64,000 bases of DNA, from positions 7,025 to 71,024 of the forward strand of contig JBLFWU010000008.1 of the NCBI GenBank assembly GCA_047610985.1. The letters run 5' to 3'. The notes under the pieces were generated by a model. That model did no database searches. It worked only from the letters and a program-made list of their open reading frames with translations, and was not told where the DNA came from. Below, one piece after another: positions 56,953-64,000 of the stretch (its first letter is position 1; each line of letters begins with the position of its first letter). The position numbers and the translations under genes are program-made. Source of the stretch: Nitrospinales bacterium (GTDB taxonomy: Bacteria; Nitrospinota; Nitrospinia; Nitrospinales; VA-1).

Positions 56953-58905
56953 CTAGTTGCCCACGGTGGTGGGCTGAATGCGGGCTTCCAGCTCTTTCAC
57001 GGTGTTGCGCAATGCAGCAACCGCGAATTCGGCTTGGCTCTTGAGAGATGTTACGGTCACGGTGGTTTTGCCGTAGCCTGAAATTTCTTTGCGGATTTTA
57101 TCCAGTTTTCGTTCCAGAAGTATGCTGCGTTTGGAGCTGAAGCTTTTGGCTATGGCACCTTTCAGACCTTCTCCCGCAAAATGTTTGGTGACAGCCATCA
57201 ACATACGTTTTCGTGAAATGAATTTTTTGCCGTTTTCCCAGTCTTCGATGGCCTGGAACATTTCTCTTTCAATATTGTCGACGATAGAATTGTAATCGGT
57301 GGGGTCGGTCATGTCGTGGATTTCTCCTGGAACCGACGCCGATTTGATATCGAAATCAAAAGTCTGGTCTACACCTGTGAGGTCTGCCGAGCGAATATTA
57401 TTTGCAACCTCGTCAGGACTCAACATGGGTGCCCAGACCTGCATGATATAGCCTTCACTTTTTACATTTTTAAATTCGTACTCGCCTTTTGCGTTGGGCT
57501 GGGTGTAGTGACCATTTGGAACTACAAAGAGAGTGCCAATCATGTCTTTGTGCATATTGCATCGCAACACAATGGGGCCGGCGGTGTTGAATGCAATGGA
57601 CTTAAAAGAACCTGAAGCCATAGCCCCCAGGTTGAACTGGTTACTTAGAGATTTTGAATAAATGTTATGAACTTCTTTATCGTGGTTAGCAAAGGTCACG
57701 GTAGTTCCCGTTTGTATAACTGAATGGCGGGGAAGAAAATTCAGTCCATTCTGCTGAATGGTTAAAACGGGAGCTTTTATCTGCCCTTGTACTGGTAGCT
57801 TTGTTTTTGTTTCTAAAAGTACCAATGTGTTCGGGCTGGGAGCTTTGCCGTTTATAAGAATCGTTCCTTTAACCTGAGTCAATTTGTTGACTTTTTTGGA
57901 ACCTTCTTCCATTTTATGGTTAGAACCAGAACCTTCTTCTTTTTTCTTTTCTTCTGCTTTAGCGGGTGCGACCTCGGCTTGTTTAACTGGTTCGGATTTA
58001 GAAGCTTGTGGCTTGGGCTGGTTGATCGGCTTTTCTGCTGCAGGATCATATTTACCCAAGGCGGTTAGCATCTGGATGACGAAGGGTTTTTCATATTGTT
58101 TGTCCAGCTCAATGGCTTTCAAAAAATGGGGTGCAGCTGATTCAAATTTCTTTTGGATTCCCAGAACGATGCCAAGGTTGAAATGAATCAATGCAAAATC
58201 AGGGTCGATTTCAAGTGCCTGTTTGTAAATGTTGACTTCTTGTCCGTACATTTTTTTCCGGCCATACGATTTTCCCAGTAAGTTGTAAGCCATAAGGTTA
58301 TTGGGTGCCAGATCGATCGTTTTCTTGAAAAGGCGGATCGCATCTTCGGGAATATCGCCTTCCAGTTGGGACATGGCCCAGTTGAAAGTGATTTCGCTGT
58401 CGTTTGGAGATAGCTCGTGGGCTCTGGCAAAGCGTTTGTTGGCACCTTCAAATTTTTTCGCCATCCGCATTGCGGCACCCCAGATGGAGTATAGCTCCGG
58501 CGAGTCGGGACTGATAATGGAAGCTTTTTCAAATTCCATGCTACCGGCGTTGAATTCGCCCTTTTCGGTAAGCTCCATACCTTTTTGGATATGTTCTAGT
58601 GCTTGCCGAGGCAAAGTAGTTCTTGGTGATGGAGTGGATGTGGCTGTTTTTATCAGATTGCCTAAGTCGGTTTCAGGGGCGGTTTTCTGGATGTTCTGAG
58701 GTGTAGATTTCTCAGAATTATTTTTTTTGATTTCGGGTTTATTATTTGATTCTTGATAACTGGAATAGGATTGGAGATTAGTAGTAGGGGCTGAATAATG
58801 CATCAAGGCCCAAAGTCCGGCTCCGAGAGCTGCAAGCCCCGTAATCGTAAGAATGGAGTTTTTTAATAAATTTGTTGATTCGGTTTTTTTATGTTTTGAT
58901 TCCAT
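56953..58905 (-). CDS. Membrane-anchored TPR-repeat protein with C-terminal cupredoxin-like and carboxypeptidase-regulatory-like domains
   Basis: N-terminal TM helix; about 6 TPR units. A Pro/Lys/Glu/Ala linker precedes a segment GTTVTFANHDKEVHNIYS...LRCNMHKDMIG with possible His/Cys/His/Met copper ligands, then GEYEFKNVKSEGYIMQVW. Confidence 0.65.
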   Translation of the reverse strand: MESKHKKTESTNLLKNSILTITGLAALGAGLWALMHYSAPTTNLQSYSSYQESNNKPEIKKNNSEKSTPQNIQKTAPETDLGNLIKTATSTPSPRTTLPRQALEHIQKGMELTEKGEFNAGSMEFEKASIISPDSPELYSIWGAAMRMAKKFEGANKRFARAHELSPNDSEITFNWAMSQLEGDIPEDAIRLFKKTIDLAPNNLMAYNLLGKSYGRKKMYGQEVNIYKQALEIDPDFALIHFNLGIVLGIQKKFESAAPHFLKAIELDKQYEKPFVIQMLTALGKYDPAAEKPINQPKPQASKSEPVKQAEVAPAKAEEKKKEEGSGSNHKMEEGSKKVNKLTQVKGTILINGKAPSPNTLVLLETKTKLPVQGQIKAPVLTIQQNGLNFLPRHSVIQTGTTVTFANHDKEVHNIYSKSLSNQFNLGAMASGSFKSIAFNTAGPIVLRCNMHKDMIGTLFVVPNGHYTQPNAKGEYEFKNVKSEGYIMQVWAPMLSPDEVANNIRSADLTGVDQTFDFDIKSASVPGEIHDMTDPTDYNSIVDNIEREMFQAIEDWENGKKFISRKRMLMAVTKHFAGEGLKGAIAKSFSSKRSILLERKLDKIRKEISGYGKTTVTVTSLKSQAEFAVAALRNTVKELEARIQPTTVGN

Positions 58906-59207
58906 AACTTGTTTTACTATCCTGATATCAGTGTTAATAACCCGTTTGCTTTAGATCGCCGCTTGCGAATATTTATTCCATTATTTTTTTGTCAATAGCA
59001 CGAAAAAAAACCACCATTGTTGGCCTCAGCTGATTTTTGCTTGATTTTAGGAATAATCAGGTTGAATTTCTTCGAGTAATACGATTAAATCATAGCCGCG
59101 AACGGCCTGTCAACCGAACAGGTTGGGATTGTTTCTTGCCAGCAGGGTTTTCTACTTACTTCAACGATGATTTTAGCCCGGCTGAAACCCACAGACTTAA
59201 ATAATAA

Positions 59208-60374
59208 ATGAATTCCACAACAGAAATAGAAGGCCTTGTAGCCTGCCTTAAAGGCAAGTCGGGTTATCTTCCCTGCCAGTTTATAGAAATGGCTTTGAAG
59301 GAAGGAATGATCCATTCCCAGGTTCCTATCGAGGCATCACATATTCAACCGGTGAGCCTCGATTTGCGATTGGGAAAAAAGGCATATCGAATTCAGTGCA
59401 GTTTTTTGCCAGAGAATGATCCAGTAGAAACTCGCTTAAAAGATGTAACGCTTTATGAGTTTGATATCTCCAAAGGCGGAATCCTGGAAAAAAATGCGAT
59501 TTATTTGATTCCTCTGATGGAAGAATTGCATTTGCCACCTGAGTTTTACGGGCTTGCCAATCCAAAAAGTTCTACGGGTCGGCTGGATATGTTTACCCGC
59601 GTGATTGTGGATGGAGGTCACCGTTTCGATGAAATTCCGTTAGGGTATCGAGGAAAGCTTTATCTGGAAGTCATACCGCGGTCTTTTCCGGTAAAGGTGC
59701 ATACGGGGCTTTCGCTGAACCAGTTGCGGGTGGCGCACCGTACCTCGCAATCTCTAGACAAAAAGAAACTGGTGAACAAATTTAAGAAAAACCCGGTTTT
59801 ATTTGACCAAAGCGGATTCCACATTCCTGTCGATGAAGTGAAGTTAGAAGAGGGTGTCTATGTCGGCGTCGATGTGTATGGTGACGAACCTGAATCTATT
59901 GTAGCTTATAAGGCCAAGACGAATTCGAATGTGATCGACCTTTCCAAAATAGGGCATTACAAGATAGAAGAGTTTTGGGAGCCTATTTATAGGCCAAAAA
60001 AGAACAGGTTGATCCTAGAGCCCGAAAGCTTCTATATTATGATGTCGAAAGAGAAGATATGCATCTGGCCCGACTGGCTTGCGGAAATGATTGCCTACGA
60101 ACCCAATAGTGGCGAATTACGCACCCATTACGCAGGTTTTTTCGATTCCGGTTTTGGATGGAATGGAACAGATGAATTGATGAATCAAGGGACCCGAGCG
60201 GTGATGGAAGTTCGCCCGCACGATGTGCCATTTATGGTAGAACATGGACAGACATTTTGTCGACTCAAGTTTGAACGGGTAGTGGCAAGACCCGATAGGG
60301 TTTATGGAGTTGAGCTGAATTCTAATTATCACTCTCAAGGGTTGGCCTTGAGTAAATATTTTGAGTCCCACTAG
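59208..60374 (+). CDS. 2'-deoxycytidine 5'-triphosphate deaminase, long (DCD/PF06559-like) form
   Basis: The 388-aa protein has IQPVSLDLRLGKKAYRIQCSFLP and SSTGRLDMFTRVI blocks recalled from the long-form dCTP deaminase family. Confidence 0.7.
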   Translation: MNSTTEIEGLVACLKGKSGYLPCQFIEMALKEGMIHSQVPIEASHIQPVSLDLRLGKKAYRIQCSFLPENDPVETRLKDVTLYEFDISKGGILEKNAIYLIPLMEELHLPPEFYGLANPKSSTGRLDMFTRVIVDGGHRFDEIPLGYRGKLYLEVIPRSFPVKVHTGLSLNQLRVAHRTSQSLDKKKLVNKFKKNPVLFDQSGFHIPVDEVKLEEGVYVGVDVYGDEPESIVAYKAKTNSNVIDLSKIGHYKIEEFWEPIYRPKKNRLILEPESFYIMMSKEKICIWPDWLAEMIAYEPNSGELRTHYAGFFDSGFGWNGTDELMNQGTRAVMEVRPHDVPFMVEHGQTFCRLKFERVVARPDRVYGVELNSNYHSQGLALSKYFESH

Positions 60375-60402
60375 CGTGGGGATAAATGGTATTGAGACAA
60401 GT

Positions 60403-61026
60403 ATGGAACGAGATGAATTAAAATCTATTGTTGAGAATGTTTTGTTGGCCGCTGACCAGCCTGTGAATGCGGGTGAGCTTGAAAAAATTTTTCTCAACAC
60501 GGCAGAAAAAAATGATTTGCAGGTGATTCTTGAAGAATTGAAGGAAGAGTATCAATCTCGAAACCTTCAGATATTGGAAGTGGCCGATGGTTACCAGTTG
60601 TGTACCCGGCATGAGTTTAATGACTGGATTCGTAAATTCTTGAAGCTGGACAGGTCGTCACGGTTGTCGCAACCCAGTCTGGATACGCTTTCGATCATTG
60701 CGTATAAACAACCTCTGACGCGTCAGGAGGTAGATGATATTCGTGGCGTCGATTCGAGTGGGGTTGTCAAAACTCTGTTAGAAAAAAAAGTGATCGGACC
60801 GGCAGGTCGAAAAAAAGTTCCTGGGCGGCCTATCATGTATCGTACGACACAAAAATTCCTGGAATATTTTGGTTTGAAAGATTTGAGTGATCTGCCAACG
60901 CTTGAAGATTTAAAAGAAGAACTGGAAGGTGATGATCCGCCTGTACAGTCACAGATAGAATTCGCAAATGCAGACTCTTCAGGCTCTGTAGCTGTGGAAG
61001 ATGAGGAAAATACCTCGCCCGAGTAG
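60403..61026 (+). CDS. scpB: Segregation and condensation protein B
   Basis: Tandem winged-helix pattern (LKSIVENVLLAADQPV, SQPSLDTLSIIAYKQPLTRQEVDDIRGV, GRPIMYRTTQKFLEYFGL). ATG at 60403. Confidence 0.85.
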   Translation: MERDELKSIVENVLLAADQPVNAGELEKIFLNTAEKNDLQVILEELKEEYQSRNLQILEVADGYQLCTRHEFNDWIRKFLKLDRSSRLSQPSLDTLSIIAYKQPLTRQEVDDIRGVDSSGVVKTLLEKKVIGPAGRKKVPGRPIMYRTTQKFLEYFGLKDLSDLPTLEDLKEELEGDDPPVQSQIEFANADSSGSVAVEDEENTSPE

Positions 61027-61077
61027 AGTAGCCCCATTTGTTTTACCACCCTTTATCCTTACATCTATTTTTAAATC

Positions 61078-61839
61078 ATGGAAATTCGTTTACAAAAAAT
61101 TATAGCTGACGCTGGTCTCGCCTCCCGAAGGGAAGCGGAAAGATGGATCGAACAGGGAAATGTGGAGGTGAACGGTAAAGTTGTAAAGAAACTGGGTTCG
61201 CTGGCAGACCCTAGTGTAGATGCCATTAAAGTTTTAGGGAAATCCATCCCCAGGAAGCAAGAAGAGGTTTATGTAGTTTTAAATAAACCTACCGGTTGCC
61301 TCACCACCATGGCGGAAGATAAGCGTGGTAGAACCACGGTCATGGAATATGTGCGGGTCACCAAGGTTCGAGTTTTTCCGGTAGGACGTCTTGATTTTAA
61401 TACCCAGGGGGTGTTGCTTTTTACCAACGACGGTGCGCTGGCAAAAAAACTATTATTGCCAAAGTATAAGGTTGAGCGTACCTATAAAGTAAAAGTCTCG
61501 GGGATGCCAAACGAAAAAACGTTGAAACGGTTAACACGTGGAGTTCATATCGATGCCGAGAAATTCAAGCCTATTGAAGCCAGAATTCAAAAAACCAGTG
61601 GCAAAAATTGTTTTCTCATAATGACACTTGTTGAAGGTAAAAATAGGCATATTAAAAAAGTTTGCGAGCATATTGGCCATCCCGTTATCAAATTGCAACG
61701 TACCCACTTTGGCGGATTGAACTTGACCGGGCTTCCCTTGGGTGCGTGTCGGTTTTTGAGTCCAAAAGAAGTAAAGGCACTTAAAAAACTTGTGGTTGAT
61801 GAACCACTACCCACCCGGCCGACAAAGAAAAAACGATGA
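61078..61839 (+). CDS. rluB: 23S rRNA pseudouridine synthase, RsuA/RluB family
   Basis: S4 domain (RLQKIIADAGLASRREAE) and catalytic VGRLDFNTQGVLLFTNDG. Follows scpB, as is common. Confidence 0.9.
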   Translation: MEIRLQKIIADAGLASRREAERWIEQGNVEVNGKVVKKLGSLADPSVDAIKVLGKSIPRKQEEVYVVLNKPTGCLTTMAEDKRGRTTVMEYVRVTKVRVFPVGRLDFNTQGVLLFTNDGALAKKLLLPKYKVERTYKVKVSGMPNEKTLKRLTRGVHIDAEKFKPIEARIQKTSGKNCFLIMTLVEGKNRHIKKVCEHIGHPVIKLQRTHFGGLNLTGLPLGACRFLSPKEVKALKKLVVDEPLPTRPTKKKR

Positions 61840-62804
61840 GGAATCGGTTTTTCAAAAGATATTTTTGGGTCATAGGTTTTCTTGTGATCGCGCAATTCGA
61901 CGGTCGTTTCGCGTTGGCGCAACCTATATTGAAAGATTCTTATCAAGGAACCGCCCGGGTCACGACGAAAGATGAAAACTATGTCGTTGCTCGTAAGAAG
62001 GCTGTGTCTTTAGCCATGAAAGATGCGATGTCTCTAGCATTTAAAGATTTAATGGGTGAAGAAGAGTTTATGGCTAATCGGAGGGATCTTAATAACATCA
62101 TCCGGCGAGCCAGTCGTTATGTGAAAAGTTATAGATATTTGCAGGCATTGGATGATCTGGAGGGTAAGGCGGGTAAGGTGATTTTAGAGGTTCGATTTTT
62201 TGCCGGTGCGATGAATCAGGCTTTAGCGGGCATGGGAATTATCGCTGGCCCTGTGAGTGAACATAAAGTTATCGTTTTGATGAAAGAGAGTAGCTTTACT
62301 TCTGCGCCTCTTTCATCTTTTTGGGATATTATTCCCATCTCAGAAACGCAGCTTGCAAAAAACTTTTTGGAGTCAGGAGTGGAAGTGATAGACCGGGAAC
62401 AGGTTCGCGATATAATTTCCGAAGCCATCGTTTTAAGTGCTATCAAAGGAAACGTTGAAGATGCCAGGAATATCGGCTTGAAAGCTGGGGCAGATATCGT
62501 TATCGTGGGAACGGCTTTTTCAAAATTGAAAAAAAATAAGGATAAGGACATGAAAATGGTTCAGGTGAATATCAGTGCCAAAGCCATTTCAGCGATCGAC
62601 TCTTCCTTAATTGCCGCCAAAAGCGATTTTGCTACCGTAGAAAACGAATATGAATTGTCAGCAGAACTTGAAGCTTTTGATGTAACCAGCCAAAAACTTG
62701 CAGATTTCCTACTACCTTCTTTTCATCGTTATTGGAAAAATGGCGTGCAAGCCCCAGCCAAAAGGGCACCCGATGCCCCCCCAATGGCTATGACGGATAT
62801 GTAA
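61836..62804 (+). CDS. Secreted hypothetical protein (322 aa)
   Basis: Signal-like N-terminus ending FALAQP. ATGA overlap with rluB and 3-nt spacing to the next gene suggest an operon. No family recognised. Confidence 0.5.
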   Translation: MRNRFFKRYFWVIGFLVIAQFDGRFALAQPILKDSYQGTARVTTKDENYVVARKKAVSLAMKDAMSLAFKDLMGEEEFMANRRDLNNIIRRASRYVKSYRYLQALDDLEGKAGKVILEVRFFAGAMNQALAGMGIIAGPVSEHKVIVLMKESSFTSAPLSSFWDIIPISETQLAKNFLESGVEVIDREQVRDIISEAIVLSAIKGNVEDARNIGLKAGADIVIVGTAFSKLKKNKDKDMKMVQVNISAKAISAIDSSLIAAKSDFATVENEYELSAELEAFDVTSQKLADFLLPSFHRYWKNGVQAPAKRAPDAPPMAMTDM

Positions 62805-62807
62805 ATT

Positions 62808-63878
62808 ATGAGTCAGGATAAAAATAAAAATCTATTTCTGATTTCTTTAATTCTGTTTTTCGTTGCCTGCTTTCTGCTTTATTTTTCCCGTCGTGTGATA
62901 GCCCCTTTTCTAATTGCCTTTGCGCTAGCTTATCTTTTGGATCCGTTGGTGGACAGGATGTCATCTTCAAAGAGGGTTTCGAGAACCGCATCGGTGTTGT
63001 TTTTGATGGTGGCATTTTTTGCGCTGGTGGTATTCGCCGGTATTTTTCTTGTCCCCATATTGAGCATGCAGACGGAAAACCTGGTGCAAAATATTCCTGT
63101 CTATATTGGAATTGTTCAGGACTGGTTGCGCCCTCTTCTAGATATGGTAAGAGGGCTGGATCCAGTAAAAGTCGAAGAAATTCTCAATGAAGGTTTGTCC
63201 CGCTTTGGTGAGTTGCCCATGAAAGCTATACAGTTTTCCGGGAAACTGCTGTGGGGCTCGATTTCCAACCTGTTCAATATTATTTTGATGGTTGCCAATC
63301 TAGTGATCATTCCTGTGGTGATGTTTTATTTACTAAGAGATTTTGATTCTATAATCGAAAAACTTTTGGCTCTGGTTCCTCCCCGGTTCCAGATAAAAAC
63401 AAAGGAAACGGTTGTGGAGATTGATCAGGTTCTGTCCAGCTTTGTTCGCGGGCAATTGATGGTGGTGGGATTGATGGGTGTTATGTATGCCATCGGTCTT
63501 TTTCTGTGCGACACTCCTATGAGCCTTTCATTAGGCCTCATGGCTGGTTTGGTCAACCTGGTTCCCTATCTTGGATTGGTGTTGGGTTTTGCCCCGGCGG
63601 CGCTCTTAACTTTTATGCATACTCAGGAGTGGATGCCTGTGCTAGGTGTTGCGGGTGTTTTTGCGTTTGTTCAGGCGATGGAGGGCATGGTTATTACCCC
63701 ACGTGTGGTTGGTGAAAACATTGGTCTGCATCCGGTTGCGGTGATCTTCGCTGTTCTTCTTGGCGGCGAGCTGTTTGGCCTTGTTGGCATGATCCTCGGT
63801 GTTCCTATTGTGGCGGTGCTGAACGTTTTGGTTTCGCGCGGTCTTTTGCAGTATAAGAAATCCCCCTTCTACAGCTGA
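62808..63878 (+). CDS. AI-2E family transporter (PerM/YhhT-like permease)
   Basis: About 8 TM helices; characteristic C-terminal region VTPRVVGENIGLHPVAVIFAVLLGGELFGLVGMILGVPI. Confidence 0.85.
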   Translation: MSQDKNKNLFLISLILFFVACFLLYFSRRVIAPFLIAFALAYLLDPLVDRMSSSKRVSRTASVLFLMVAFFALVVFAGIFLVPILSMQTENLVQNIPVYIGIVQDWLRPLLDMVRGLDPVKVEEILNEGLSRFGELPMKAIQFSGKLLWGSISNLFNIILMVANLVIIPVVMFYLLRDFDSIIEKLLALVPPRFQIKTKETVVEIDQVLSSFVRGQLMVVGLMGVMYAIGLFLCDTPMSLSLGLMAGLVNLVPYLGLVLGFAPAALLTFMHTQEWMPVLGVAGVFAFVQAMEGMVITPRVVGENIGLHPVAVIFAVLLGGELFGLVGMILGVPIVAVLNVLVSRGLLQYKKSPFYS

Positions 63879-64000
63879 TAGCATTCATCTAATATTCAGT
63901 TTTAAATTTCAAATACTTTGTAAGGATAGAGCTCCTTGCTCGACATTATTAATGTAGAGATTTTTTGTGGGTATTTATATATAGTTATCTATATATTGAG

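Noticed and set aside
1-64000. tRNA, rRNA, tmRNA, RNase P RNA, transposases, integrases, phage genes, toxin-antitoxin or known defence systems
   Set aside because: Scanning by eye found no T-loop/acceptor-type signatures (GGTTCGAATCC-like), no rRNA-like stretches, and no ORFs with transposase, integrase, recombinase or defence-protein motifs. A covariance-model scan (tRNAscan or Infernal type) would be needed to exclude small RNAs formally.

Overview
This is a chromosomal segment from a diderm (Gram-negative-type) bacterium, moderately AT-rich by eye. It is densely packed with about 62 protein-coding genes, most of them housekeeping. All calls rest on motif recognition in the supplied translations and on reading the DNA; no database search or computation was run.

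Gene content, left to right:
- tolB-pal plus a coiled-coil gene, then radA, ispD, bcp, a deoxyhypusine-synthase homologue, a CDF transporter, mutY and queE.
- An orphan histidine kinase, then an MtrA/MtrB-like decaheme cytochrome plus outer-membrane barrel pair.
- A B12-radical-SAM enzyme, ychF, a NarK-type transporter, rng, rodA and ychJ.
- rluD, moaB and queC, then the ffh-rpsP-KH-rimM-trmD-rplS block.
- rnhB, recJ, an FtsX/ABC pair, a MoeZ-like E1 enzyme, an HtrA-like protease and PMM/PGM.
- A minus-strand run: TPR-cupredoxin gene, cysS, DUF2851, cysD, cysN(C), ferredoxin.
- dcd, scpB, rluB and an AI-2E transporter.

I found no rRNA, tRNA, CRISPR array, transposase, integrase or recognisable defence genes. 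Several starts were moved from the ORF-track start to a better-supported internal start.

Most noteworthy observations:
1. A 930-bp gene-free gap between convergent ychJ and rluD holds five good DnaA-box matches, an AT-rich tract and two families of short direct repeats. This is a candidate oriC with no dnaA nearby.
2. A decaheme cytochrome c is paired with a 765-aa outer-membrane barrel, resembling an MtrAB/PioAB/MtoAB trans-outer-membrane electron conduit.
3. A small-gene islet at 49.2-51.1 kb contains a 2Fe-2S ferredoxin gene bracketed by about 52-bp inverted repeats. Each repeat sits about 18 nt past the stop codon of a convergent flanking gene.
4. Smaller oddities: a C10 tract inside radA, an unlisted 52-aa ORF, a degenerate APS-kinase domain on CysN, and DUF2851 embedded in the cys operon.
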